Shown here in pieces: positions 38,190 to 47,870 of a stretch of 64,000 nt of DNA. The notes below the pieces were generated by a model. The model saw nothing but the letters and a program-made list of their open reading frames with translations. It searched no databases and had not been told where the DNA came from. The stretch spans positions 149,942 through 213,941 of the forward strand of contig CAZRED010000001.1 of the NCBI GenBank assembly GCA_964599405.1. Reading direction: 5' to 3'. A program made the translations under genes and the position numbers. Within the stretch, counting starts at the first letter, position 1; each line of letters opens with the position of its first letter. This DNA is from an uncultured Candidatus Saccharibacteria bacterium. GTDB taxonomy: Bacteria > Patescibacteriota > UBA1384 > 2-12-FULL-50-11.

Positions 38190-39449
38190 TTAGCGAGTAT
38201 AAACTTGAGCGGCGGCGGTGAAGGCAGATACTTCGCTGGCCATTTTGCCGGGGAATGTTTCTACCTTCAACTTGTCGGGCGCAGTCATTTGCAGCAACGC
38301 AACTCCCTTAACCTGATTGCCAGCCTGTAATTTCGGGTTCGCAATGACATGGTCGAGCATCCAGCTCGCACCACTGTCGCCATCGATGTAGCCGCCCTCG
38401 ACAAGCTCGTACTTAACGAGCCCTGTCTCCATGCTAACGACGGCGGGATCTGGGGCATTGCCCTTGACCATAAATTGACTGGCCCCGGTCTTCCAGTTGC
38501 CGACCGAAAATTTAATGGCGGTTGGGTCTAAATAGTCGTAGGCAATCGCCAAATGGCCATCCCAATAACGCGAAAGGGCCTGGCCTTGGATAGCTGGCGG
38601 TCCGTTAAATCCATTCGTTCCTTCTTGGAACCAGTTGCCAACGAGCTTGCCAGCAATATCGTAATTGATTTTTCCTGTCCGCGGTTCAACAACGCGCGCT
38701 GCTTTGGCCAAGAGCTGTGCCCGGAGCCCTACTTCAAAATATTTGAACATATCATCAAGGTAAAAACGGGATTCCTGGTCCTTATAGGAAGCGGTATTGG
38801 CGACAAAATCTGGTTCTTTTTCAAAATTCCAGACTGCAAAATCAACGGTCTGGCCGCCAATCCGACCGACTAACTGACCGGCCTTGATTGGAATGCGAAC
38901 GGACTTACTCTCGAAGCCTTCAAGTTTGCCGACAACCGCGGTCAGCTCTGGTGAGAGCGAGGTCAAAAGGTCGTAATAACTATAAAACGTGCACGTATGC
39001 TCAAACTGCATCTGATACTCGTCAGTGACGTGATTCGGGTCTTGATTGTCACCGACGGCCTGACCGCGATGGGAAATACTAACGATAAAGCCGTCGGCGA
39101 TAGCGTAAACAGGATATTTATCGCGCTCTGACCTAAAAATGATGGGAGAATAGTAGCCGTGATCGGTTGGCATCACGTGCGCACCGACCATAATACCGTA
39201 GGGCTGAATAATGCCGATATCGGCGACATCCATCGGGGCGTGCGTAAACACGACGGTACCGCTTCCCTGACATTTCCCTTGACTCATGTTCCGGCTAAAT
39301 GGATTATCTTTCGCGTCTCCGGTGGTGGTTGTCTCTTGGGTCGTGGGGTTGTTGGTTACCGTCAGTTTACGAGTACTCCTGTACACAAAATAGCCGGCCG
39401 TCAGAAGAATAACGCCACTCACGACCACCACAATCAGCCAACGCTTCAT
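38190..39449 (-). CDS. Membrane-anchored hypothetical protein, M23-peptidase-like fold
   Basis: PTDHGY, VYAIADG, IPIKAGQLVGRIGG..VDF; similar to 43853-44611. Confidence 0.55.
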   Translation of the reverse strand: MKRWLIVVVVSGVILLTAGYFVYRSTRKLTVTNNPTTQETTTTGDAKDNPFSRNMSQGKCQGSGTVVFTHAPMDVADIGIIQPYGIMVGAHVMPTDHGYYSPIIFRSERDKYPVYAIADGFIVSISHRGQAVGDNQDPNHVTDEYQMQFEHTCTFYSYYDLLTSLSPELTAVVGKLEGFESKSVRIPIKAGQLVGRIGGQTVDFAVWNFEKEPDFVANTASYKDQESRFYLDDMFKYFEVGLRAQLLAKAARVVEPRTGKINYDIAGKLVGNWFQEGTNGFNGPPAIQGQALSRYWDGHLAIAYDYLDPTAIKFSVGNWKTGASQFMVKGNAPDPAVVSMETGLVKYELVEGGYIDGDSGASWMLDHVIANPKLQAGNQVKGVALLQMTAPDKLKVETFPGKMASEVSAFTAAAQVYTR

Positions 39450-39583
39450 TTTGTGAGCGCTAGCGAACAAAAGAATAGAATATTCATTACTTTTAGTTTG
39501 ACCGGTTAGTAGTAAAGAACAAGTCGACAGCCCTTGCGCAAAATATTGAATTAATCCATGCTGGACAAAAGGAGCAACAAACT

Positions 39584-39850
39584 ATGGGATGGATTGTCAC
39601 TATTATAGTGGGAGCGTTAATTGGTTGGATAGCCAGTAAGATGATGAGTACGGACGAGCAACAGGGGGCGTTGGCCAATATTGGGATTGGAATTGCCGGC
39701 TCGTTGCTGGGTAGCTGGTTGTTTGGCAGTGTCCTGGGAATTGGTAGCGCCGGTGCCGCCGGAGCGTTTAGCTTCTGGGGAGTTGTTTGGGGAATCGTTG
39801 GCGCAGTGGTCTTAATTGCCATATTGAAGGCCTTTAAGGTGTTGAAGTAA
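39584..39850 (+). CDS. GlsB/YeaQ/YmgE family membrane protein
   Basis: [18 protein letters not shown]...[12 protein letters not shown]. Confidence 0.9.
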   Translation: MGWIVTIIVGALIGWIASKMMSTDEQQGALANIGIGIAGSLLGSWLFGSVLGIGSAGAAGAFSFWGVVWGIVGAVVLIAILKAFKVLK

Positions 39851-40266
39851 TGCCGGTGGAAGTGGAGAAAGAGGTAACGACCACCAGCGAAGGGCCAGTG
39901 GCCGACCAAGTCAGCCAAACTGCTACCGTTTCGCAAGTGCCAACGGGAGCAGAAGTTCAAGACGCCCGTTCGGATCGGGGCAATGCCTGGATTTGGTATA
40001 TCGTGGGAATTATCGATCTGATACTACTGCTACGATTGGTATTTTTGCTGTTGGGCGCTCGAGCTGTCGGCTTTGCCGATTTTCTCTACAGTATTTCTAG
40101 CCCGTTTGTAGCGCCGTTTCGGGGAATCTTTCCCAACCCGCAAGTAGAAGGGTCGTATTTTGATATGGCCTCGTTTGCTGCGATTATCGTCTACGCCCTG
40201 TTAGGCTGGGTTGTGGCTCGGCTAATTGATCTGGCCACTCGGCCAGGGAACAGCAGCAAAATCTAA
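39850..40266 (+). CDS. YggT-family membrane protein
   Basis: LLLRLVFLLLGA..FLYSISSPFVAPFRGIF. Confidence 0.8.
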   Translation: MPVEVEKEVTTTSEGPVADQVSQTATVSQVPTGAEVQDARSDRGNAWIWYIVGIIDLILLLRLVFLLLGARAVGFADFLYSISSPFVAPFRGIFPNPQVEGSYFDMASFAAIIVYALLGWVVARLIDLATRPGNSSKI

Positions 40267-40311
40267 CTTCCTCTTGACAGTACTATTTCTAATATACTAA
40301 CCTAACTACAT

Positions 40312-41253
40312 ATGAGGGTTCTGAACATGACTAAGCCTAGTAAGTATTCAACAATCAATGTATTGATCGCTTCCTTGGTGGTTGGACTCGCTGGTGTAGT
40401 TGTAGCATTCGCGGCCGGCCCCACAACCGTCAATCTTGGCACAGCCGAACCTTTTGCCATCCTAGCTGGGACTCCTGATATTACTGACTCTCCGACATCG
40501 ACTATTACTGGAAACGTTGGGTTGTACCCAGGCCCTGCTTCCGGTATCGGGCTACTTTGTTCACAAGTAACCGGGACAATCTATGGGCGCGATGGCACGG
40601 GTGACCCGTGTTTTACGGTCAACGATCCGTTACTCCTGGCGGCCAAGAACGACTTAACTGCCGCGTTTACCGATGCAGCCGGGCGAACACCGGTTATTAT
40701 TGTACCAACCGAGCTCGGCGGAACGACTAAATTTGCAGGTGTTTACGCCTCTGACGACACTACGTTTCAGATTTCGGCACCAATCCCCCTCATCCTCGAT
40801 GGACAAGGCGATCCCAATGCCGTTTTCATCTTCGAAATGAATGCGGAGGGAACCGGACTGACTGTCGGACCGGGTAGTGTGGTACAGCTCACGGGCCAGG
40901 CCCAGGCCTGCAACGTCTTTTGGCGAGTAGACACAGCTACTATCGACAGCACCGCGGTATTCAAGGGTACTATCCTGGCTCTGACCTCGATTACGGTGGC
41001 TAACGGCGCCAACATTGAAGGAAGACTATTGGCTCGTAACGGTAGCGTCACCTTAATTAACGACACCATCACCAAACCGACTTGTGTAGCAGCGGCTACA
41101 GTCACTCCGCCGGCAACTACGCCATCTCTCCCCGACACTGGTCTAACTCCCGATGGCAGCAACAGTGCCGTGTGGAGCGTTATTATCCCAGTTTGGGCCA
41201 TTGCCGGTCTGTTCTCGTTCTGGTTAGTTCGACGCAAACAGCGGACGATTTAG
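40312..41253 (+). CDS. Ice-binding-like (DUF3494) protein with LPDTG sorting signal
   Basis: VNLGTAEPFAILAG, LDGQGDPNAVFIF, AQACNVFW, FKGTILALTSIT, GRLLARNGSVTL; LPDTG + TM + RRKQR. Confidence 0.9.
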   Translation: MRVLNMTKPSKYSTINVLIASLVVGLAGVVVAFAAGPTTVNLGTAEPFAILAGTPDITDSPTSTITGNVGLYPGPASGIGLLCSQVTGTIYGRDGTGDPCFTVNDPLLLAAKNDLTAAFTDAAGRTPVIIVPTELGGTTKFAGVYASDDTTFQISAPIPLILDGQGDPNAVFIFEMNAEGTGLTVGPGSVVQLTGQAQACNVFWRVDTATIDSTAVFKGTILALTSITVANGANIEGRLLARNGSVTLINDTITKPTCVAAATVTPPATTPSLPDTGLTPDGSNSAVWSVIIPVWAIAGLFSFWLVRRKQRTI

Positions 41254-41301
41254 TCTAGGCATTAAATAAGAGGCGCTAATATATTTACCTGGAGGGCCGG
41301 T

Positions 41302-41922
41302 ATGGGTCTATCACCAGCTCCATTAAAACGAGTGCTATTAGCTATCAAGCTGGTGGGGGTGTCAGCGGGAATTGTCGTCTCTTTGGCAATTTACTCTGCC
41401 AAAAATACCCCCGACTATGAAAACGTCTTAGTGCCCGTTGAGAAAATCGTCGTTCCTTCGGTGGTAGCGCCGGCTCTTTTGGCTTCTCCGTTGCGACTGA
41501 AGATTCCTAAGATTGAGGTTAACGCCGTCATCGAATACGTCGGTCTGAACACTGATGGAGCAATGGGAGTGCCGAAAGATCCCGCCGATGTTGCTTGGTT
41601 CAATCTCGGGGCACGACCCGGTGAGGTTGGTAGCGCGGTAATCGCCGGGCACTACGGGTGGAGAAATAATATTCCAGCGGTATTTGACGATCTCCATAAA
41701 TTGCGTCCTGGTGATACCTTAGTAATCGAGGACGACAGAGGAGCAAGCACCACCTTCGTGGTGCGGGAAAGCCGCCGGTACGACCCGACAGCGGACGCCT
41801 CGGAGATATTTTTGCAAAGCGACGGGATAGCTCACCTTAACCTAGTTACCTGCGAAGGGGTGTGGAACGTCGCTACTGATAGTTACTCTCGGCGGCTGGT
41901 GGTATTTACCGACAAACAGTAG
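41302..41922 (+). CDS. Class F sortase
   Basis: GSAVIAGH, LNLVTCEG, RRLVVFT. Confidence 0.9.
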   Translation: MGLSPAPLKRVLLAIKLVGVSAGIVVSLAIYSAKNTPDYENVLVPVEKIVVPSVVAPALLASPLRLKIPKIEVNAVIEYVGLNTDGAMGVPKDPADVAWFNLGARPGEVGSAVIAGHYGWRNNIPAVFDDLHKLRPGDTLVIEDDRGASTTFVVRESRRYDPTADASEIFLQSDGIAHLNLVTCEGVWNVATDSYSRRLVVFTDKQ

Positions 41923-41926
41923 CCAG

Positions 41927-41955
41927 CTCGACATTTGCGTGTCTGTAGGTAACAT
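41927..41955 (+). promoter_or_regulatory. Junction-promoter site, copy 8 (diverged spacer)
   Basis: CTCGACATTTGCGTGTCTGTAGGTAACAT, 4 nt after TAG, ATG 9 nt downstream. Confidence 0.6.
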
Positions 41956-41964
41956 CTAGACAAT

Positions 41965-42324
41965 ATGCAAAAAGCTCAATCAGTTGACGAATACATCGGC
42001 CGTGAGCCAAAAAATGTTCAAGAAAAACTGAAACAGTTTCGAGAGATTGTTAAGGAAGCCGCGCCAATGGCTGAAGAACGAATCAGCTATGGGATGCCGG
42101 GTTACTTCTACAACGGAGCGCTGGTATATTTCGGCGGATTTAAGAATCATGTAAGCCTGTTCGGAACAGCCTCCGGCGTGATGAAAAAATTCGCCAAAGA
42201 ACTGGATGATTACATTACGTCAAAAGGGACAATTCAGTTTCCGCTCGACCAACCCCTGCCGACTGTCCTCATAAAAAAATTAGTGCACGAACGGGTTGCT
42301 GAAAACGAATTGAAGAAGGGCTGA
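41965..42324 (+). CDS. DUF1801 / YdhG-like protein
   Basis: SVDEYI, EERISYGMPG, SKGTIQFPLDQPLP. Confidence 0.9.
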   Translation: MQKAQSVDEYIGREPKNVQEKLKQFREIVKEAAPMAEERISYGMPGYFYNGALVYFGGFKNHVSLFGTASGVMKKFAKELDDYITSKGTIQFPLDQPLPTVLIKKLVHERVAENELKKG

Positions 42325-42373
42325 GAATGGACAGCTATTGCGCAAAGAGTACAATCACCTCAAAGGAGAATAG

Positions 42374-42610
42374 ATGAAAAAGGAAGAATTCAAAGTCAAC
42401 GGCGAAGAACTACTGAAAAAGGTTAAAGCCCTCATTAAAGAGGGTAATATCCGCTCGATTGCCATCACTGATAAATCTGGCAAAAAGTTAGCCAATTTCC
42501 CTCTGACGGCCGGAGTAGTTGGAGCAGTGTTACTGCCGACATTAGCCGCCATCGGCGCTATCGCCGCTTTAATTACTGAGTGTACAATCACCGTGGAGAG
42601 AGAGGACTAA
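42374..42610 (+). CDS. DUF4342 protein
   Basis: EEFKVNGEELLKKVKALIKEGNIR...LITECTITVER. Confidence 0.88.
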   Translation: MKKEEFKVNGEELLKKVKALIKEGNIRSIAITDKSGKKLANFPLTAGVVGAVLLPTLAAIGAIAALITECTITVERED

Positions 42611-42611
42611 T

Positions 42612-42833
42612 ATGGGTAACTGGGACTATTTCGGCGTTAACACCCATCCTGGATTCACGGTAATGTTTCCGTTTTTTCTGCTGTTAGCCTTGTGGGAGCT
42701 GGCGTGGAAGGGCTGGGCCATGTGGAAAGCGGCCGAGAGTAAGGAAACCGGCTGGTTTATCGCCCTACTAATCTTCAACACTATCGGTATTCTGCCGATT
42801 CTCTACATCTACGTTTTTTCTAAGAAAAAATAA
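42612..42833 (+). CDS. DUF5652-like small membrane protein
   Basis: WKGWAMWKAA..WFIALLIFNTIGILPILYI. Confidence 0.8.
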   Translation: MGNWDYFGVNTHPGFTVMFPFFLLLALWELAWKGWAMWKAAESKETGWFIALLIFNTIGILPILYIYVFSKKK

Positions 42834-42863
42834 GGCAAAAGTCCGGCTTCTTATTTTATAAAA

Positions 42864-42897
42864 AACAAAAAGTCCGCCATCTGGCGGAATTTTTGTT
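42864..42897. terminator. Bidirectional terminator between convergent genes
   Basis: AACAAAAA-GTCCGCCA-TC-TGGCGGAA-TTTTTGTT. Confidence 0.7.
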
Positions 42898-42923
42898 AAC
42901 CAAACGTTCGGTTATAACACCTT

Positions 42924-43760
42924 TTACCTGCTATCTTGGCCAGTATTTACGAACCTAATACACTGACCTTGATTGCTGAAGCCGAAGTCCATCCAACCGC
43001 CTTGTTTGCAGTCGTCTTTAGTCTCGGGATCAACCAGTCCTGCGTGCCAATGCGCCGCGTAGCTGTCGTTACTTAGAGTTGGGAACTCATCCAAGCCATA
43101 GTTGTAGCTGTTTAGAAACAGCTCACGGATGAAGTTTTCGCCACCCCCTGCACTCGCTACGAAGTCACCGTTGAGGTAGTAGTTGTACAACTGCGTCGTG
43201 GTATCGAGCTCAATGCCCAGCGTTACCCATTCTCCGTAGGTAAACGGTGTATTTAGGTTGGTCCATAAGCCGGTTGCAGAACTCCAGAAACGCCAGCCTT
43301 CGTGGTTGCCTTGTGCCGAAGCGCCGGAAGTGCTCGGTTCTAGGTTCACGAACTCGAGAATCCCAAACCAGTTATCTCTAGCACCAGCACCATCATCTCC
43401 AACCACCCAGAACCCTGCTCGGACCGCCTTGTTTTCCCAATTGGGGTCGATATAAAGATCAACCTGTACTGAGTCGCCGTAGTTATCTACACCCGTGGTT
43501 TTAATTCCTTCGGTGCGCTGGAAGGTTCCAGCGGCTGTTTCGTCGCTATCGATACCTAAGCGCGCAACGTCATCCCTGCCAAAGGCCGAGACTGAAGTTA
43601 CTCCGTCAGTCGGAAATGCTCGATCTGCTTCCCAATTAGTGTCTAACTCAGCTTGAGTAAATGGGTTTAACAAGTGGCTACTTGCCGTTGCAGTTCCGAT
43701 TGAAGCCATTAGAGTAAGCACACCAGCCATTGAGAACATTAATACTTTTCTTATATTCAT
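42924..43760 (-). CDS. Secreted hypothetical protein with Cys-containing C-terminal tail
   Basis: Signal peptide; tail PETKDDCKQGGWMDFGFSNQGQCIRFV. Confidence 0.7.
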   Translation of the reverse strand: MNIRKVLMFSMAGVLTLMASIGTATASSHLLNPFTQAELDTNWEADRAFPTDGVTSVSAFGRDDVARLGIDSDETAAGTFQRTEGIKTTGVDNYGDSVQVDLYIDPNWENKAVRAGFWVVGDDGAGARDNWFGILEFVNLEPSTSGASAQGNHEGWRFWSSATGLWTNLNTPFTYGEWVTLGIELDTTTQLYNYYLNGDFVASAGGGENFIRELFLNSYNYGLDEFPTLSNDSYAAHWHAGLVDPETKDDCKQGGWMDFGFSNQGQCIRFVNTGQDSR

Positions 43761-43852
43761 TTATTTCACCACCTTCCCGACGTTTTTTATTACTACTGCG
43801 AACATAGTCCCCGACACCAGCACTGTCAAACAAAAATGTGTAATATTGATAT

Positions 43853-44611
43853 ATGAGTACTGCTCGTAAACTTTTTCTCTTCCTAGGCCTACCCCTGATA
43901 CTGGTCTTTGCCATTGTGGTGGCTTGGGCGTTTCAAGGGAAGAATACCACCGACACTGCCAACACCAGCCAAGTTACCACCGAAACAGCTTCTTGCGACC
44001 TACTGTCACCAGTTGACGTATCCAAAGCTACTAGTATCCTCTACCCCGGTCAAACCCGTGGCGGCGACTTCAAACCGCACGGCGGTTTCCGCTTTGACGG
44101 GTTGAAAAACGAAGACGTAACGGTAACAGTACCGCTTGCCGCCAAGGTTACTTCCGGCAGTCGTTATATTGAGCGGGGAGAGGTTCAGTATATGTTCGAT
44201 TTTGAGGGTGATTGCGGTATAAATTATCGCTTCGACCACCTGAAAACCCTGTCGGCCAAGTTTCAAGCAATTGCCGATAAATTACCGGCTGCCAAAGTAG
44301 ACGATTCTCGCACTACCGCGGTCAGCCCCGAAGTATCGGTAGCGACCGGGGAAGTTGTAGCAACAGCTGTCGGATTTGCGGTAGGCGACAACGGTCCAAA
44401 CGTCAGTGTTGACTTCGGCGTCTACGACAAGCGGCAGAAGAATGCATCTTCGAAAGATGCTGCATGGGTAGCTGCCCACAGCGAAGACGGCGACCAAGCC
44501 TATTACGGCGTTTGTTGGTTTGATTTGCTGCCGGCGGCCGACGCCGCTATCGTCAAAGCTCTACCGGCTGGCGATAGTGCTGCCGGCAAAACCAGTGATT
44601 ACTGTAACTAG
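43853..44611 (+). CDS. Membrane-anchored hypothetical protein, M23-like fold
   Basis: KPHGG, YRFDHL, VATGEVV, VDFGVY; similar to 38190-39449. Confidence 0.55.
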   Translation: MSTARKLFLFLGLPLILVFAIVVAWAFQGKNTTDTANTSQVTTETASCDLLSPVDVSKATSILYPGQTRGGDFKPHGGFRFDGLKNEDVTVTVPLAAKVTSGSRYIERGEVQYMFDFEGDCGINYRFDHLKTLSAKFQAIADKLPAAKVDDSRTTAVSPEVSVATGEVVATAVGFAVGDNGPNVSVDFGVYDKRQKNASSKDAAWVAAHSEDGDQAYYGVCWFDLLPAADAAIVKALPAGDSAAGKTSDYCN

Positions 44612-44613
44612 CT

Positions 44614-45828
44614 ATGAGTAAACTTCCCGGCTGGCTCTTAGGAGTGATCGGCGCAGTAGTAGTTGTTGGCTCGGCAACAGCTTTTTACTTTTGGCAGAAG
44701 CAACCGGAGCCGCCAGCTCAATCAGAACAGGTAGAAACCACCGCCACTCCACCGCCCGCCACCACCAAGCTAGCATCAATATTGGTAGTAGACGGGCTGG
44801 AAGCGCCAACTGTCATAATGACCATTGCCGGTGACGATCGGCTGTTTGTGGCTGAACAAGGCGGCACCATCCGAACCGTCGCCAACAAAACGTTGTCAGC
44901 AACACCATTTATCGACATTTCCGACCGAGTGCGCTTCGACGGCGAAATGGGGCTGCTAGGTGCGTCCTTTCACCCGGACCTAGCCAATGACGGCCGGATT
45001 TTCCTGAACTACGTTGATAAAAACATGAATACCACTATCTCCAGTTTTCGGGTGACCGGCGAAAATTTCGCCACGGCCGATCCGGCCAGTGAGAAAGTGC
45101 TACTGCGCTTTAAGCAACCGTATGCCAACCATAACGGCGGTGATCTGCATTTTGGACCAGACGGCTACTTGTACATTGCCACCGGTGATGGCGGGAGCGG
45201 TGGCGATCCGCAAGACCGCGCCCAAAACTTAACTAATTTTTTCGGGAAAATTCTCCGAATTGATGTCAACAGCGGCGACCCCTACAAAGTTCCCACCGAC
45301 AATCCGTTCGTGGCCACGGCGGGCGCTACCACCGAAATTTGGGCCTACGGGTTGCGTAATCCCTGGCGCTTCAGTTTCGACAAAACCACCAAGGATATGT
45401 GGATTGCCGATGTCGGACAAGGGGACCAAGAGGAAGTTAACTTCATTGCAGTTGGTAGTAAGAGTGGTTTGAACTTTGGTTGGCGCTGCTACGAAGCGGC
45501 CAGCAATTATAATTTGAGCGGCTGTTTGGCCAAAGAAAATTACACTTTCCCCGTTACCAGCTACGACCATAGCGCCGGGCGCTGCTCGGTAACCGGCGGC
45601 CACGTTTACCGCGGCGAAAAGTACCCATCTTTGGTGGGACAGTATTTCTACGCCGATTACTGTGGTGGGCAGATCTACACCGGCTCAATTGCTAACGGAG
45701 TATGGACGGACGGCTTCAGTTTAGAAACAGAATTTGGGCCGACCGCCTTTGGCCAAGACAACGACGGCGAAATATATCTGGCCGACGCCAAATCCGGCAG
45801 CCTCTACCACCTCCAAGGCGCTAACTAA
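44614..45828 (+). CDS. PQQ-dependent sugar dehydrogenase (GSDH family)
   Basis: GEMGLLG..FHP, NHNGGDLHFGPDGYLY, YGLRNPWRFSFD. Confidence 0.92.
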   Translation: MSKLPGWLLGVIGAVVVVGSATAFYFWQKQPEPPAQSEQVETTATPPPATTKLASILVVDGLEAPTVIMTIAGDDRLFVAEQGGTIRTVANKTLSATPFIDISDRVRFDGEMGLLGASFHPDLANDGRIFLNYVDKNMNTTISSFRVTGENFATADPASEKVLLRFKQPYANHNGGDLHFGPDGYLYIATGDGGSGGDPQDRAQNLTNFFGKILRIDVNSGDPYKVPTDNPFVATAGATTEIWAYGLRNPWRFSFDKTTKDMWIADVGQGDQEEVNFIAVGSKSGLNFGWRCYEAASNYNLSGCLAKENYTFPVTSYDHSAGRCSVTGGHVYRGEKYPSLVGQYFYADYCGGQIYTGSIANGVWTDGFSLETEFGPTAFGQDNDGEIYLADAKSGSLYHLQGAN

Positions 45829-45962
45829 CTGGGGTTACGTTTGGCGGTGCACATCGGGCACTCGCAAGCGTTATCGCTGCATTTGCACTCGGCCATGCCG
45901 TCGTTATTGTTGGCGCCGCACACTGCACACGGTGCTCCACAAACACACATACTTTCTTCCAT
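45825..45962 (-). CDS. Metallothionein-like Cys-rich protein (45 aa, 9 Cys)
   Basis: Manual translation MEESMCVCGAPCAVCGANNNDGMAECKCSDNACECPMCTAKRNPS*; SD AAGGAGG upstream. Confidence 0.75.
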   Translation of the reverse strand: MEESMCVCGAPCAVCGANNNDGMAECKCSDNACECPMCTAKRNPS

Positions 45963-46004
45963 CAAGCCTCCTTTTCAATACCTAACCACAAAATCACAAA
46001 AAGA

Positions 46005-46029
46005 AAAACCGCGCTCGAAGCGCGGTTTT
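46005..46029 (-). terminator. Intrinsic terminator
   Basis: AAAACCGCGCT-CGA-AGCGCGGTTTT. Confidence 0.7.
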
Positions 46030-46052
46030 CCGCCGAACATGTAATCCGTTGA

Positions 46053-46478
46053 CTACATTACCGGTTTTTGCGGTGGTGGCATGCTGCTGCCGCCACTTGA
46101 GGCCATCGAATCCATTGACGAGCCGCCTCCTGCGAAGCCGCCCCAAAGGAAAATCAGAGCCAAGACCACGTAGACCCAAGTGTGGGCCATATTGGTATCC
46201 ATAATTCCTAGAATCGTATCGGTTTGGAAGAAGCCGATAATCGCAAACAGCGCAAAAATAACTCCGAAAATCCGGAGATAAGTCTTGGCTGAATCGTTAC
46301 CCGCCATACCCATCCATAGACCCAAAGCACCAATGACGATATGAACAATGCTGTGAACGGTATCAACTTGGAAGATACCGAAGATCATTTTGTCGTCGTT
46401 AGTAATGCCAGGGATGAAACCAAGAACACCTAGCACGACTAGGATTAATCCGAACCATGTTGCTAATGACTTTGCCAT
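46053..46478 (-). CDS. DUF4383-like membrane protein
   Basis: GVLGFIPG, FQVDTVHSIVHIVIG; SD GGAGGAGG. Confidence 0.8.
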   Translation of the reverse strand: MAKSLATWFGLILVVLGVLGFIPGITNDDKMIFGIFQVDTVHSIVHIVIGALGLWMGMAGNDSAKTYLRIFGVIFALFAIIGFFQTDTILGIMDTNMAHTWVYVVLALIFLWGGFAGGGSSMDSMASSGGSSMPPPQKPVM

Positions 46479-46627
46479 AGGTTTCACCTCCTCCCCTAAT
46501 AGTTGTTCAACTTTACTCTTGTATTAAGAGTTATCTATTTAAAATAAAAAAGCAAGCAATTACCGCCGCCAGGCTGATTGACAGGGTTAGCGGGAGGCGT
46601 ATCGTAATATTAAAGAGGGGGTTAATA

Positions 46628-46852
46628 ATGTGGTTTGGAAAAAAACATCAGGATCGATCGTACGTAGCAGTCGCCATGACCGTGATTTTCATGGGAGCAG
46701 CGATTTTTGCCTTTGGAGTGAGCGGCTGGCTGATTAACTGGATGAACGAAGACCTTATCGTCGCGATTCCATCAATGAAAATCCTCGGCGGTATTGTGAT
46801 TATGAGTCTTGGCTACATTCAATTAGAGCTCGGTTTACTACGCAACAAGTAA
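46628..46852 (+). CDS. Small 2-TM hypothetical protein
   Basis: Purine-rich SD-like sequence, TTGACA promoter upstream. Confidence 0.65.
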   Translation: MWFGKKHQDRSYVAVAMTVIFMGAAIFAFGVSGWLINWMNEDLIVAIPSMKILGGIVIMSLGYIQLELGLLRNK

Positions 46853-46853
46853 A

Positions 46854-47348
46854 ATGCTGCGCGCGCTTTACGTAATTGCTATCGGCCTGCTTTTTGCGGG
46901 GGTGGTAGGTTTTGGTTTTTCAGCCTTTTATCCGGCGCCAGAGTATCCAGAAACACCGGCGTCGCTACGCTACCCACCGGTTTACAACGATCAGCCTACG
47001 GCTGAAGAGAAGGCAGCTCAAGAAAAATTCGACGCTGAACAGAAGGCCATCAACGACAGCTATACTGACGTCTCTGAAAACTACAACCGCAATCTGTCGA
47101 TTGGGCTGATTATTGTGGCCATGATTGTTCTGGCCGTTTCAATTATCGGGCTAGGAAAAATTGAGGTAATTGGCGACGGGCTAACCCTGGGTGGCGTGTT
47201 TACTTTGCTGTATGGATTGGGCCGAGCGATGGCTGCCGGTAACGAAAAAATTCAATTTTTAGCAGCACTGTTTGGCCTGGGAGTATTAATTTTCCTGGTT
47301 TACTGGAAATATATCCGGTTGGAAAAGAAAAGTGTTCCAATAACTTAG
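46854..47348 (+). CDS. 4-TM hypothetical membrane protein
   Basis: AFYPAPEYP, YNRN, GLTLGGVFTLLYG. Confidence 0.75.
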   Translation: MLRALYVIAIGLLFAGVVGFGFSAFYPAPEYPETPASLRYPPVYNDQPTAEEKAAQEKFDAEQKAINDSYTDVSENYNRNLSIGLIIVAMIVLAVSIIGLGKIEVIGDGLTLGGVFTLLYGLGRAMAAGNEKIQFLAALFGLGVLIFLVYWKYIRLEKKSVPIT

Positions 47349-47369
47349 TTAAAAATTTAGGTATAGAGA

Positions 47370-47398
47370 AAGGCCACAGTCTGAAGACTGTGGCCTTT
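47370..47398. terminator. Bidirectional terminator
   Basis: AAGGCCACAGTC-TGAA-GACTGTGGCCTTT. Confidence 0.7.
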
Positions 47399-47409
47399 AG
47401 TGTCCGCCG

Positions 47410-47718
47410 TTAGGACATTTGGGCTGGCTGTGATGCCCCCTGAGATTGCCCAGAGGTTATCTCCCCAATCTTCTGAAGGAAGCTCTCTCCTTCGTTTCTC
47501 GTGTCAACCGAGAGGAGTAAGTTTCCGTCGTGCCAAAGCTGTGGACCCTCAGCCCTCTTGCAAGAGAGTTCGTCTCCGGTCTGGACTGTAACCCCAATCG
47601 TAAGACCGGGGTAAGCTTCTTTGCATCTGCGCACAATCCTGTTGTTCTCGTTGTGCGATGGTGGGACTACAATGTGCAAATCGATATTCGTTACTTCCTG
47701 TCGCATAAAATTTCCCAT
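47410..47718 (-). CDS. Hypothetical protein
   Basis: 102-aa ORF ending at the terminator; no recognised motif. Confidence 0.4.
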   Translation of the reverse strand: MGNFMRQEVTNIDLHIVVPPSHNENNRIVRRCKEAYPGLTIGVTVQTGDELSCKRAEGPQLWHDGNLLLSVDTRNEGESFLQKIGEITSGQSQGASQPAQMS

Positions 47719-47870
47719 TTCCGCAGGTGGCGGTTATACAATTCTGCTCCCAATTTCTAGCAATTTCAACATTTTCAGTGACATTTTTACTCGGGCAATG
47801 TAGGATAGCAGGTTAGGACGCCCGCTTTGTAGCTGTAAAAAATATTATTCCCAGCTACAATGACCCAAGC

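Noticed and set aside
39522-39550. Additional junction-site copy (GTCGACAG)
   Set aside because: Only the TCGACA hexamer matches; lacks ATT, AGGTTC and a correctly spaced -10
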